From the IMG/VR virus record IMGVR_UViG_2675903202_000003, positions 1 through 64,000 of that record: DNA of 64,000 nucleotides; one strand, given 5' to 3'. This document shows, one piece after another, positions 48,690 to 58,812 of the stretch. A model generated the notes under the pieces. It had not been told where the DNA came from. It did no database searches and saw nothing but the letters and a program-made list of their open reading frames with translations. The stretch comes from an uncultured virus (IMG/VR IMGVR_UViG_2675903202_000003) (taxonomy: Duplodnaviria > Heunggongvirae > Uroviricota > Caudoviricetes). How positions within the stretch are numbered: the stretch's first letter is position 1; the number at the start of each line of letters is the position of its first letter. Both the position numbers and the translations under genes were made by a program.

Positions 48690-49148
48690 TTAACCCTCCA
48701 GGGGTTGGGATGTGGCAATCTCCCGCTCCAGGCGGGAAGTCGAAGGCCGGTAGCGGTCCCACCACCGGTCGATCACAGGGCCTGTCCACGCAGGCCGCCT
48801 GGCGGCAGCGGCCCGGGACCTGGCCTCATCTGCGGCGGTCGCCAGCACCACCACCTCCGTGGCGCCCAACGCCGATGCATGACGGTTGCGACGCTCCGGC
48901 TCCGGCATCGTGCGGATCACCCACGCCGTGCCGGACTTCATCCGGGCGACGAGAGTCTCCTCAGCCACCCGGACCCGCCGCGCCTGCGCACGCACATGCT
49001 CGGGATGATTGTGGCTGTCGGAGGAACCGAGCCGCTGGCAGATCCCATCTAGGTCCACGACCCGGTCGCCCGGTGCCGCGTGCTCCGCGACCCATGTGGT
49101 TTTGCCTGCCGCCGGTGGGCCGCACACCAGCACGACCCGGCGCGTCAC
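48690..49148 (-). CDS. small P-loop (AAA_33/kinase-like) protein
   Basis: LVCGPPAAGKTTWV...VVDLD. Confidence 0.85.
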   Translation of the reverse strand: MTRRVVLVCGPPAAGKTTWVAEHAAPGDRVVDLDGICQRLGSSDSHNHPEHVRAQARRVRVAEETLVARMKSGTAWVIRTMPEPERRNRHASALGATEVVVLATAADEARSRAAAARRPAWTGPVIDRWWDRYRPSTSRLEREIATSQPLEG

Positions 49149-50050
49149 GACACCCGCAGCAGCCGGTAGAAGTTCGAGATCGTGTCGCCGGGCATCGCAC
49201 GGGCCTGCTGGTACTGCTGCTCCCACAGTTCGATCTGTGGCTGCGGCTGCCACTCCTCCCCCTCGAAAAGCGGAGTGGCCCAGCAGCGGCAATGGTTGTG
49301 GTACTTGAACTCGCCTGCGCCGGCGAACTCGCTGTTCGCTGCCCGGCCGGCGGTCTGCTCGTTCTTGTAGACCGCGCCTCTGATGGCCATCACCCGGCAG
49401 AACGCGCACGCGTCCGGTGCCGCCCTCCGCGCAACAGCGACTGCGGCCCGGTCCTCGGCAACGGCGTCCACGATCGCGCCGCGGCCCACATCCCCGACGA
49501 GCCGCGATGCGATCCCGTCGACCTTTGTCCGGGACGCTCTCGCCTGCCCCGCGGGATCATCGGCCGCCGGTTGCGGTTCTGGGTCGGCGATCTCTTCGTC
49601 GAGGTGGTCTTCGCCGATCTCGGCGAGGTCGTCCTCATCCAAGTCGGCGAGGTCGGCTATCGCGGCTTCTTCTTCGTGGGCGATCTCCTCCAGTTCCCGC
49701 TCGAGCGCCACGGCGTTGTCGAGCAGTTCCTGGTCCCAGAGATTCTTGGTCGCCCACCGCAGCGAGTTCTCGATCTGGTCCGGGTCTGGTTCTCGCAGCA
49801 GCGTCGTCGGTGACCGCCCCGAAACGCCGGCAGCGGCACGTTCGGCGTCGTAGTAGTCGAGCGCCATCGCGCCCGCGGCCTGCCCGTACCGGTCGATGAC
49901 ATCGTTGACCGCGGCGATCCACTGCGGCATCGTCCCTGCAAGCCGCGCCGGGTTCAGAAGCCGCCACGTCCCCGCGAGCTCACGCAACATCAGCACGCTC
50001 AGGCCGGTCTGCGCGGCCTGCTGCTCACGCGACGCGGTCGGCGTCGCCAT
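49145..50050 (-). CDS. MuF-like/capsid maturation minor head protein
   Basis: ACAFCRVMAIRG.VY...YHNHCRC...P. Confidence 0.85.
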   Translation of the reverse strand: MATPTASREQQAAQTGLSVLMLRELAGTWRLLNPARLAGTMPQWIAAVNDVIDRYGQAAGAMALDYYDAERAAAGVSGRSPTTLLREPDPDQIENSLRWATKNLWDQELLDNAVALERELEEIAHEEEAAIADLADLDEDDLAEIGEDHLDEEIADPEPQPAADDPAGQARASRTKVDGIASRLVGDVGRGAIVDAVAEDRAAVAVARRAAPDACAFCRVMAIRGAVYKNEQTAGRAANSEFAGAGEFKYHNHCRCWATPLFEGEEWQPQPQIELWEQQYQQARAMPGDTISNFYRLLRVS

Positions 50051-51446
50051 CCTCGACCTCTACCGCCGCACGCCGACCGAGGCGCTCCCCGATCCGGGCG
50101 AGCTGAGCACGGCCCGCAGACCGCTGTCGGTCGGCGCGGACCCGCTGCCGCTGAGCCTCCGTCAGCCCGACCATCTCCAGCGCGACCTCCGAATCCGCGG
50201 GGATGATGCCGGCCTGCACCAACTTCACCGCCGCGTCGGTCTGCGCCGCGACCGTCGGCGTCGCCGGATTCCGCCACACCGTCTCAATGCGCCGCGCCCG
50301 CTCCGGCACCTCGCCCCGCCAGATCAGCAGCGCCAACTGCAGGACCTGCGCCCACGGAGTGTTCAACATCGTCTGCTTCCGCTCGGCGCGCTTCACCAAC
50401 TGCGCCTCCGTGGAGCGGATCGCGTCCGCGCTGGCGGGGTTGTCGGTGGTGTAGCCGAGATAGTGCGGCGGCAGGCCCAACTGCGTCGCCATGATCCGCG
50501 CATACAGGTCCACGATCTTCGTGTACGCGGACGGGTCGTACGCGGCGAACGTACCGACCTGCGGGACCTCGCCCTCCTCGTCCCGCTCGAGCGCCAGCAC
50601 CCGACCGATGTAGGTCTCCCACGCGCTCTTCGCGTTGCCCTCGGCATCCTGAAACGCGCTCTCGGACGCCCCGAGGATGTACCGCTGCGGCGCCCCGTAG
50701 AACTCCCGGGCGACTTCCATCCCGAGTAGCGTCCGGCACGCCGCGTCCGTGATGCCCATGACCGACGACGTGATCTCGCTGCGGCCAACCCGCTCCGACG
50801 TCCGCTGCCGATTCGCGAAACGCACCACCGGCACCATGCCGAGTCCGTGCATGTCCCGGTCGACGACCTCCCAGCCGCCCGAATCCGACTGCACCACGTA
50901 CACCGTCTGGTCAGGGAGATACAGCGTCGCCGCCTGCTCCTCCCCCACCTTGTAGAGGCGCAGCGACGCCCGCACCGCACGCAGCCGCGCGTCGTAGTCC
51001 ACCGTCATGTCCATCGGCGACTCGACCGTGATCAGCGGAGGCGCCTCCGCGTCCTCCCCCGACCCGACCGCGGCGTACGCGCGACCGTAGATGAACGAGT
51101 CCAAGTGCCCGAGCTCCGACTCGGCCAGCAACTGGTTCGCGGTCGCGATCTCCTCCAGCTCACCCGACGACGCCGGGTCGCCCGCGTACCGCCACGCCTC
51201 GATGTCGAGGCGCTGCTCGAGCGCGTCCACGCCGATCTGCGGCCACCCGATGACCGTGTGGAGGCCCTGAAGCTGCGGCGGGATGCTGATCTTCAGGTCC
51301 CGGATGACCTGCTCACCGTTGTAGTAGCAGTCCCGCAACTCCAGCGGGAACCGAGCCGACATCAGCTCCGCGCGCAGTGCGTTGATCAGGCGGGTCTCGT
51401 CGTCGGACAGGTCCAGCAGACGTAGTTCCGGGACGGTGACCGTCAT
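50025..51446 (-). CDS. portal protein (SPP1 gp6-like)
   Basis: YYNGEQ, IGWPQIGVD, GRSEI, NPASADAI, WRNPATPT. Confidence 0.93.
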   Translation of the reverse strand: MTVTVPELRLLDLSDDETRLINALRAELMSARFPLELRDCYYNGEQVIRDLKISIPPQLQGLHTVIGWPQIGVDALEQRLDIEAWRYAGDPASSGELEEIATANQLLAESELGHLDSFIYGRAYAAVGSGEDAEAPPLITVESPMDMTVDYDARLRAVRASLRLYKVGEEQAATLYLPDQTVYVVQSDSGGWEVVDRDMHGLGMVPVVRFANRQRTSERVGRSEITSSVMGITDAACRTLLGMEVAREFYGAPQRYILGASESAFQDAEGNAKSAWETYIGRVLALERDEEGEVPQVGTFAAYDPSAYTKIVDLYARIMATQLGLPPHYLGYTTDNPASADAIRSTEAQLVKRAERKQTMLNTPWAQVLQLALLIWRGEVPERARRIETVWRNPATPTVAAQTDAAVKLVQAGIIPADSEVALEMVGLTEAQRQRVRADRQRSAGRAQLARIGERLGRRAAVEVEDGDADRVA

Positions 51447-53104
51447 GACAGTACGACCACCCTTCCCTTGCCTGCCGAGCGTCGTCTGCGCAGGCGTTTC
51501 TGCCACTGTGGGCTGTTCAGCAGGGTCCGCCGCACCATCCGGGCGCCGATCATGCAGACACCGGCGTCGATCTTCAGTGGCGAGTCCGGGGTCTCCTTCG
51601 ACACCGACACGCCCCACCGGTTCGGGTGCCGCCGCAGATTCACCACATGCCGGGTCAGCCGAGCGTCGTCGTCATGGGTGAACGCCTTCTCTCTGATCTC
51701 CGCCTCCACGAGCTCGGCAGCCATCGTGAAGTCGTAGACGTGAGATCGCATGTCCCACGCGATGGGCTGCGGATCCTTACCCGTCGGCACCGCCATGATC
51801 AGAAGCTTGTCGGCGTACCGCGTAGGCCACGTGACCTTCGCGAACCCCTCCCACTCCTTCACATCGGCGAAGAACGCCAGCACCTGCCAGCGGTCAAACG
51901 CCTGCTCCACGGCCGCGTCGACCTGCGCGACGGGCACGACGTCGTTGCTGTCGTGGGATGGGTTCGGCTCCCAGATCCCGATGGTGAAGACGTGACCGTC
52001 CTCGACCCGGCACCCGACCAGCGCCGTGGCGTCGCGGCTCTTGCTGCCGTCGAAGAACATGACGATCTCTTCGCCGTCGGCCACCTGCCGCTTCGGGTCG
52101 GCCAGCACGGTCCAATCCTGAGGCACCAGCCATGCGTCCTCGGGGGCGGTCGGCCAGTTCAGGTACTTGCGCTTGGAATCGTCCGGCCGAGACTGCGGAT
52201 CCCAGATCCGTTCCATGATCGGGCGGATCTGCTGCCAGAAGCAGTCGTCATACACGAACTTCAGGGCCCGTTCCAGCGACTCTGGATCCTTCATGTCGGT
52301 GTCCGGGGGCGCGATCCGAGCGTCGTACAAGATCCGCGACTCGCCGCGGGTCCGGCCCTCCTCCTGCGCCACCCACGCATCCCACGACGACTCGGCGACC
52401 GAACCGATCCCGGGCTTCCACGCGTTGCAGGTCTGCAGCATCCGGGAACCCGACTTGGTCAGGTTGTCCTCGAGCGTCGCCACGAGTTCTGGGCCACCGT
52501 TCGCCGGCCGCCAGTGCTCGGTCTCGTCGGCCACGATGAAGCTCGCCTCGGCGCCCTCCGCCGCGGTCGACGAGGACGTGATGACCTCCAGCGTCCCCTC
52601 GGGCGGCTTGTAGTACTTGACCTTCCCTGGATCCAGCGAGAAGTCGCGTACGAGCTTCGAGCCCTTGGCGGCCAGGGCCCGCACCATCCGCATCGTGTTC
52701 GCCGTCTGCGACTCGGCCGTCGCGGCGATCTGCACGAGCGGCATGTCCACCGGCTTACCGACGCAGCCGCCGGGCCTGTCCGGGGCGAAGTCCTTCAGCC
52801 GCACCGGCGCCGTGAACTCCGCGAGCGCCAGCACCGCGGCGAACGGCGACTTCCCTGACCCCTTCGCCAGCCGCCGCACGGCGTGGCGGAACAGCCAGTT
52901 GCCGTCCCCATCGACGGCGTACCACCACAGCAGGAAACGGATCTGCGACTCCACGAACGCCCAGCGCTGCCCGGCCCGCGGACCGTTCGGGTGCCGCAGA
53001 TAGGTGGACGCCCACCCGACCACTTCCCACCCGAGCGTCAGCTCCGGGACGCCCTGAGGAACCGTGACGAGCCGGTTAGCCGGAGAGACGACGCTGCCAC
53101 TCAT
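51443..53104 (-). CDS. terL: terminase large subunit
   Basis: RLAKGSGKSP, VADETEHW, FFDGSKSRDATAL, KIDAGV. Confidence 0.95.
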   Translation of the reverse strand: MSGSVVSPANRLVTVPQGVPELTLGWEVVGWASTYLRHPNGPRAGQRWAFVESQIRFLLWWYAVDGDGNWLFRHAVRRLAKGSGKSPFAAVLALAEFTAPVRLKDFAPDRPGGCVGKPVDMPLVQIAATAESQTANTMRMVRALAAKGSKLVRDFSLDPGKVKYYKPPEGTLEVITSSSTAAEGAEASFIVADETEHWRPANGGPELVATLEDNLTKSGSRMLQTCNAWKPGIGSVAESSWDAWVAQEEGRTRGESRILYDARIAPPDTDMKDPESLERALKFVYDDCFWQQIRPIMERIWDPQSRPDDSKRKYLNWPTAPEDAWLVPQDWTVLADPKRQVADGEEIVMFFDGSKSRDATALVGCRVEDGHVFTIGIWEPNPSHDSNDVVPVAQVDAAVEQAFDRWQVLAFFADVKEWEGFAKVTWPTRYADKLLIMAVPTGKDPQPIAWDMRSHVYDFTMAAELVEAEIREKAFTHDDDARLTRHVVNLRRHPNRWGVSVSKETPDSPLKIDAGVCMIGARMVRRTLLNSPQWQKRLRRRRSAGKGRVVVLS

Positions 53105-53510
53105 CGATCGCCGTCACGCCCGCCTGCTCATCCGGGTCCGCCTTCGGAGCCCGTTCCAACTCGATGCGGAGCCGACGACGGTCGCCCTCGGTGGTGAGGA
53201 GACTCGACATCCCCGACAGTACGGCCGCGAACAGCTGCGCCGAGAACCGCCCGGCCTCCAGGTTCCGCGACATCGCCTCCGCGACGAACCGTGCCGTCTG
53301 CCAATCGGACGGCTCGTAGAACACTGCCTGACCTGACTCCCCCAGCGAGCGGAACCACTCCCGGGCGATCTCGTGCCAGTGCTCGTCCGGCTCCATCGCC
53401 GGCACGGTCCCGGCATCCACCTCGACCTTGGTGACGTTCTCCTGTTCCGCCTTCGTGCGGTGGCCATGCCGTTGGTCAGAGCGCTTACCAATCGGGCCTC
53501 GAGCTCCCAT
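53076..53510 (-). CDS. terS: terminase small subunit
   Basis: RGPIGKRSDQR, WFRSL..SGQA.FYEPSDW, TEGDRRRLRIE. Confidence 0.9.
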   Translation of the reverse strand: MGARGPIGKRSDQRHGHRTKAEQENVTKVEVDAGTVPAMEPDEHWHEIAREWFRSLGESGQAVFYEPSDWQTARFVAEAMSRNLEAGRFSAQLFAAVLSGMSSLLTTEGDRRRLRIELERAPKADPDEQAGVTAIDEWQRRLSG

Positions 53511-53925
53511 ATCGACCTCCTGGGTCACGCGCCACCAGGGCACGCAGGGCAACTACGTAGGGTTACGAACATCGGGGCTCATCGGCCCCAAAACCTGGGA
53601 TGGATCTCCGGCGCTATACGAGGCCGGTGCGGGGTGAGGGGGGCGAGGGGGCGATCCCCCACCCGCAGTAACACAGAGTGACGATCTTGGGGGGTGCTGG
53701 AGGGGCCCGGTTGGGCGGCCGGGAGGCCGGGTCGGCGGTGATCTTGGACGGCTGTCAATGCGTTGTTGATCTTGTGTTCGCTGTGATGCTCGTGATCGCT
53801 GTCGTGTCGTAGCAGATGGTCATCGGCGTTGGCTGGTGTGCTGCTGCCTGTGACCTGGTGTGCTGCCGTGCTGCCGTGCTGCCCCGTCGGCCCGCCCCGT
53901 GCCGGCTGGTCGGGTGTGGTGCTGT

Positions 53926-54177
53926 CTAGGGTTCGTCTGGTCCGACGAACTGGGACTGACGAAGGATCTCCGAAGCAGCAGTGATGAGGGCAAGCTGGTC
54001 GAGCCAACTGGTTCCCTCGCTGTTGGAGACCACGACTCCGACCTCACCGTTGCTCGCTATCACCTTGCTGACCACGACCGCGTTGGCGACCAGGTCTCCG
54101 TCGGCGAGGTCGAGGGTGACTCCGAGGTTGCGGAGGATCTGGTCGGCAGGTTGTGCGGGCATGCGGTTCCCGGTCAT
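53926..54177 (-). CDS. hypothetical protein
   Basis: LGVTLDLADGDLV...SWLDQLALI. Confidence 0.65.
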   Translation of the reverse strand: MTGNRMPAQPADQILRNLGVTLDLADGDLVANAVVVSKVIASNGEVGVVVSNSEGTSWLDQLALITAASEILRQSQFVGPDEP

Positions 54178-54213
54178 GTGTCGGTGAAAGTCGATACGTG
54201 AACGTGTTGTGCG

Positions 54214-54450
54214 TCAGCGTCGCTTGCCGACGTTGGCTCGACTGCCTGTGTACGCGCCCGTGTTCCTGCGGTGGAGGCGCTGGCAGTAGCCCTTGGCTCG
54301 GGCACCCATGTACTTCGACAGGGCGCGGTTGCAGCGGGTCCAGTCTCCGGGCGTGCCCCACCGGATTGTCGCGTTGCCCTTGCCGCCCTTGGACCAGTAG
54401 CGGCGGAGCGTCTCTGCGCTGCCGGGTTCTCTGCCGCGTCGCGTCGCCAT
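54214..54450 (-). CDS. conserved basic actinophage protein
   Basis: LRRYW..G.G..IRWGTPGDWTRC..L.KY..GYC..LH. Confidence 0.75.
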   Translation of the reverse strand: MATRRGREPGSAETLRRYWSKGGKGNATIRWGTPGDWTRCNRALSKYMGARAKGYCQRLHRRNTGAYTGSRANVGKRR

Positions 54451-54497
54451 GATGTTCGCACCTCCGTCCGTTGGTTGTTCCCGCCGCAGGGCGGGGA

Positions 54498-54809
54498 TCA
54501 CGTGCGGAGTCCGGGGTGTGGTTCGGGTGGGCGTTGCCGCTTGGGCTTCTTCACCTGCGCCGCCTTGCCGCCCTCGCTGCTCGACTTGTAGACGTGGCAC
54601 CGCGGGCCAGTACGCCTGCCATGGATCGGGGCGAGGGACTCGATGCGGTGGTCGTCCCCCGCGACGATGTGGTCGATCTCGTCGGCGCCCGGTAGTCCGC
54701 ACACGTGGCAGGTGTCGCCGTGGATGCGGAACACCTCGGCGCGGCGGGCTGCCCAGTCGCGTGGGAGGCGCGAGGCGCGGTCGGAGTTCGCCCATTGCCC
54801 GTTCGGCAT
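54498..54809 (-). CDS. HNH endonuclease (packaging-associated)
   Basis: RLPRDW, CHVC, DEIDHI, CH..KSS.EG. Confidence 0.88.
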   Translation of the reverse strand: MPNGQWANSDRASRLPRDWAARRAEVFRIHGDTCHVCGLPGADEIDHIVAGDDHRIESLAPIHGRRTGPRCHVYKSSSEGGKAAQVKKPKRQRPPEPHPGLRT

Positions 54810-54863
54810 GGTCTCCCCCTTGGTTACTGAGGAGTATGGGTGCCGTGTTTCCGCAGGTGACAT

Positions 54864-55553
54864 TCACGCCACCTGGCGGTTCACGGTTCCTTCCGTGAGC
54901 AGCGCCCTCATCGTTTCGGGGTCGCCGTCGGCTTGGTGGTACCGGTAGACGAGCGCGAAGTTGTCGCGGTACTGGTCGCCTTCCTTGACCGCGGACTCGT
55001 GGTGCAGGGCGTACACGCGGCCCTCATGCCGGGCTGGTGGGGCGCCGAGGAGCGTGGTGTGGGCCGAGTACCAGGCTGCGTCTTCGCCGCCCCAGCCGAG
55101 GAACCGTTCGTCCTGCCCGTGGTGCGCCCACCACGTCTTCGGGGTTGTGACGTAGACGCCGGAGCAGGCGCCGGCCACCACGAAGGCGTTGCATGCTTCC
55201 AGCGGGCGGCCCGCCTGGTATTGGCGGGTGCCGTCCGCGCGGAGGGACCGGTACTCGGTGTAGGGCAGATGCACCCGGTCGTCCGTCACTGCGGCTTCGA
55301 TCGCGGCGGTGAGCGGGCCGTGTTCGGGGAGGGTGTCGGCGTCAGCGAGGACCACAACGTCGTACCTGCTGGCTTCGCCGCGGCGGACGCCCTCGTTGCG
55401 GCACGCGGCGAGGCAGAACGGTTCGTGCGCGGTGTCGACGTTCAGGAAGTCGGCGTCGGGCAGCAGGTACCGGTAGCGGGCCGTGGTGATGTCGTGGGCG
55501 TAGACGCGGTCCGGCTGGGGACGCCACGGGATCGCGACGAGGACGCGGGTCAC
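54864..55553 (-). CDS. GT2/GT7-like glycosyltransferase
   Basis: IPWR, RNEGV, DAD motif, DERFLGWGGED, LHH. Confidence 0.88.
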   Translation of the reverse strand: MTRVLVAIPWRPQPDRVYAHDITTARYRYLLPDADFLNVDTAHEPFCLAACRNEGVRRGEASRYDVVVLADADTLPEHGPLTAAIEAAVTDDRVHLPYTEYRSLRADGTRQYQAGRPLEACNAFVVAGACSGVYVTTPKTWWAHHGQDERFLGWGGEDAAWYSAHTTLLGAPPARHEGRVYALHHESAVKEGDQYRDNFALVYRYHQADGDPETMRALLTEGTVNRQVA

Positions 55554-55711
55554 GGAGAGGCGCCCATGCTGGCCGCGATGATGGTGCACACCATCTGCAT
55601 TGCTTGCGCGCCGGTGAAGCCGGCGGCAACGTACAACTCGTACACCTCGTGGAGTTGGACGGCCATCGCGGCGAGGTCGGTGACCGGGTCGGCTGGCATC
55701 CTGTCGGCCAT
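55550..55711 (-). CDS. small hypothetical protein
   Basis: LHEVYELYVAAGFT..QAM; coupled on both sides. Confidence 0.65.
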   Translation of the reverse strand: MADRMPADPVTDLAAMAVQLHEVYELYVAAGFTGAQAMQMVCTIIAASMGASP

Positions 55712-56772
55712 CACGCCACCTCCGCGGGAATGTTCATGCCCTCACGAGTCCGCATCGCGGTGACCGTCTTCGCGATCGCGGCAGCGGCTTCGAGAGGCCA
55801 CGTGCCGTTGCGGACGGAGGCGGCGGAGACATCAATGTGGAATCCGGAGACCCGGCCGCGGCCACCCGGCTCGGTCGGGATGCCGCCGCCCTGCTTGTCC
55901 CAGTCCACGGTCCAGGTGAGCTCACGGCGGCGAAGCTTCTCGCGGCCGAACTCGCAGCGCTGCAGTTGGAGAGTGACGGTGTGGTCGTCGCCGTGCGGGA
56001 GCCGCACGGTCGCTTCCACAGGGTCGCCTTCGTCGGTGAACCAGTAGCGCTTCTGCCCGAACAGCTTCGTGGCGACGTCGAGGTTGATGGAGCCCTGCTG
56101 CCAGCGCGGGTCGCTCCTGGACCAGTGGTCCCGTCTCGCCCACAGCTGCCAGGTGAGCCGGTTGTGGTCGATGTCGACGCCGATGACGCGGGATTCGTAA
56201 CCGGTGGGGTTGAGGCGGCGTTGGAGTCCGCGGCCGAGGGTGTTGGCGCCGAGGTAGAGGGCGCCGATCGGGTGGATGCGGATGTGAGCGGCGATGGGCT
56301 CTTCGCTGCCGCTGTTCCCGACCTTGGCCTCGATGGAGGCGCCGGGGATGTTCTTGCCGAGGATGGCCTGCCCGCTGAACGTCCAGGTCGGGTTCGCCGG
56401 CCACGGCCCGGGGTGCGGGGCATGCGGGCCGACGGTGGCTTCACCACGGGCCTGTTGCGCCTTCAGCACTTCGGCGTGAACAGGCTGGCTCTTGGTCCAC
56501 GGGCCGGTGTAGGCGTCGCCGACGCTCCACTCGGCAGGGTCGAGGGCGCCTTGCGGGTTGGGGCGTTCGCCGCAGCGGTCGCACACCACCCAGCGGGCGG
56601 TGTGGCCGGGAGTGCTGCCGTCGCCGAAGCCGTCCACGACCGGCTTGTGCCCGAACGTGCGGCAGGTGAGAAGCGGGCGCGGGATGTCGTTGATCCAGAA
56701 GCCGCGGTCGAAGAGGCGCCCGCGGGGAGGCGTGTCTTCCTGGGCGCGGTAGTCGACGGTGTGGCCCCTCAT
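55711..56772 (-). CDS. hypothetical protein
   Basis: 353-aa coupled ORF; N-terminal C..GH / CDRC. Confidence 0.75.
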   Translation of the reverse strand: MRGHTVDYRAQEDTPPRGRLFDRGFWINDIPRPLLTCRTFGHKPVVDGFGDGSTPGHTARWVVCDRCGERPNPQGALDPAEWSVGDAYTGPWTKSQPVHAEVLKAQQARGEATVGPHAPHPGPWPANPTWTFSGQAILGKNIPGASIEAKVGNSGSEEPIAAHIRIHPIGALYLGANTLGRGLQRRLNPTGYESRVIGVDIDHNRLTWQLWARRDHWSRSDPRWQQGSINLDVATKLFGQKRYWFTDEGDPVEATVRLPHGDDHTVTLQLQRCEFGREKLRRRELTWTVDWDKQGGGIPTEPGGRGRVSGFHIDVSAASVRNGTWPLEAAAAIAKTVTAMRTREGMNIPAEVA

Positions 56773-57035
56773 CGGCGGCCCGCCTCGTCCACGGTGTTGT
56801 GCACGCGCTCGGCGACACGCTTCAGGTCGTCCTCATCCAAACGGGGCACCATGCGGACGCGGACCTCGCCCAGCGACTCGGCGGTGTCGTCCAGGTCGGC
56901 CTGTACCTCGACGTCGTCCAGGTTGCGTGGAGCGGCGAAGTTGATGAGGTCCCCAGTCGTCGGCTCGTCGAAGCCCGCCTCTTGGAGTTCGTCGCGGTAG
57001 GCGGCGAGGCGCTGCGCGGTCGTAAGGTACTTCAC
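56769..57035 (-). CDS. hypothetical protein
   Basis: GTGA coupling; YRDELQEAGF. Confidence 0.6.
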   Translation of the reverse strand: MKYLTTAQRLAAYRDELQEAGFDEPTTGDLINFAAPRNLDDVEVQADLDDTAESLGEVRVRMVPRLDEDDLKRVAERVHNTVDEAGRR

Positions 57036-57346
57036 GCCAGGTCCCCTTCCGCGGCGATGGTGACGCGGCGGGCGAACAGGGTGAGGGTCACGTAGACGGT
57101 GTCCTCGCCACGTCCGTCGTTGAAGGTCATGTCGTGGACCTTGATCTGATGACCGTCGGGGATCAGCAGCGGGATGCCGTTGATACGGACTTCGTTCGGG
57201 ATGATGACGCTGCCGCCGGGGGTGTCGTCGGTGGTGTTGCTCTTCTCGACGATCTCGATGAGTGCAGCCGTGGGCTGCTTCGGCTTCTCCTCGTCCGGGG
57301 CGATGCCGTTGTCCAGGCTGTTGAGCGGGTAGTCGCTGTCGGGCAT
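57032..57346 (-). CDS. hypothetical protein
   Basis: GAAGGA RBS; EVRINGIPLL...VTLTLFARRV. Confidence 0.7.
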   Translation of the reverse strand: MPDSDYPLNSLDNGIAPDEEKPKQPTAALIEIVEKSNTTDDTPGGSVIIPNEVRINGIPLLIPDGHQIKVHDMTFNDGRGEDTVYVTLTLFARRVTIAAEGDLA

Positions 57347-57500
57347 GAGGGGTCCTTCTGTTGGAGTGGGTTGGGCCCGGTCTGCGTCCACGCCGCCCCC
57401 ACTCCAAGGAGGAGGAACGCAGACCGGGGGATCAGGGGACGATCTTCCAAAATGGTTACATTTTCATAACCATTCGTTGCTTGTCGCGCTGTCCAAATAA

Positions 57501-57580
57501 GTACAAAGGAGTACGTGGGAGTACGTAGGAGTACGTGGGAGACCGTGGAAGGACGGGGAGTAAACGGGATCTACGGGGCT
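57501..57580. repeat. tandem 10-bp repeats (GTACGTGGGA consensus, ~8 degenerate units)
   Basis: gtacaaagga gtacgtggga gtacgtagga gtacgtggga gaccgtggaa ggacggggag ... Confidence 0.75.
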
Positions 57581-57633
57581 CATCCACGAACACACACGCG
57601 CGCTTATCAGCGGTGCATGCCATAGTCCGAATT

Positions 57634-58113
57634 ATGGACGCATGGAACGATCGCATTCGAGTCGGCGAAGCTCACGAACTTCGGGTCACTGAGGCTCTCA
57701 GGGCTTCGGGGTGGAACGTCGCTCCCTGGGGCCAGGGCATCTTGCCGCCACGTATCCAGGATGCGCTCAGCCACAGCAATTCCCGTTGGCGCTATTTCCC
57801 CGACCTGGTCGCAGCCCGAGATGGCGACGTGGTCACGATCGACGCCAAAGATCGTATGAGGTCCACCCACTCGAACCGGTACGCGGTCAAGCGCGACTGC
57901 GTCAGTTTCGGGCTGCAGTTCCTCGCTGCCTTTGAGCTTCCTGTGTTCTACGTCTTCGGGAATCTCAGCGTGCTGACTCCAACAGAGGTGCAAACGTACG
58001 GGACAGTCGGGCCACGTTCCCACGGAGGCGCCTACTACCTCGTCCCCGACAGGCTGGGACACCACTTTGACGATGTCTTCGGAGACGTCCATTCACGTGG
58101 TCAGGTCGCTTGA
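57634..58113 (+). CDS. PD-(D/E)XK nuclease-like protein (antisense moron)
   Basis: G..HE, FPDLV, IDAK motif; lower GC; opposite to the late operon. Confidence 0.75.
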   Translation: MDAWNDRIRVGEAHELRVTEALRASGWNVAPWGQGILPPRIQDALSHSNSRWRYFPDLVAARDGDVVTIDAKDRMRSTHSNRYAVKRDCVSFGLQFLAAFELPVFYVFGNLSVLTPTEVQTYGTVGPRSHGGAYYLVPDRLGHHFDDVFGDVHSRGQVA

Positions 58114-58812
58114 TCAGTAGCCTGCGCCTACTCGGGTGTGGCCGATGTGTTCGACTCGGGGCGGGTCGCTGCGGGCGCCCCAGTAGGCGCCGCGGGTGCG
58201 CGGGTCGCGGAACAGTTCCTGGCCGAAACGGGACTCGGACCAGTCGCCGGACGGCCAGTCGTGATCGTAGGTGCGGGCCGGGATCACCGAGGGGTTGCCG
58301 GTGAAGCAGGCGCGGTGCTCGATCCACGTGCGGCCGTTGTCGGTGACCTCGGTGAAGTCTTGGCCTTGCGCTTCGAGGGCTTCGATGAGGCCGCCGTGCT
58401 CGACCTCGTTGCCGAACCAGGGCTGGCGGACGAGCGCGACCTGCGTGAGGTACGGGCGGTCGTTGAGGACGCCGGCGAGCTCCTCAAGGTCGACGGGCTG
58501 GTTGAAGACGAAGTCGTCCTCGAGGAAGAAGAACGTGGTGGTGCCGTAGAAGGCTGTCCAGTGGCGGGCGAGGGACCACACGGCCTGCATTGCGGCCCAG
58601 TAGCCGCGGGCCTTGCCGAGGTGGAGGATTTTGCCGTTGAGGGGGCCGCCGATGAACTCGTCCTCGAGCCACTGCCCGTACGTGGGGTCGCCGGAGTCGT
58701 CAACGATGACCATGTCGCCGACGCCCGTCAGGTGCTCGATTGCGGACGGGATCGTTTTGGAGATGCAGTCGGGGCGGCCGTTGGTGAGGCAGATGATCGG
58801 AACCGGCATCAT
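58114..58812 (-). other. GT2 glycosyltransferase
   Basis: TNGRP, IVDDS, FLEDDF, HIG. Confidence 0.85.

Noticed and set aside
53820-53900. GCAGCAC-type short repeats upstream of cos
   Set aside because: Few, low-complexity units; no function supportable
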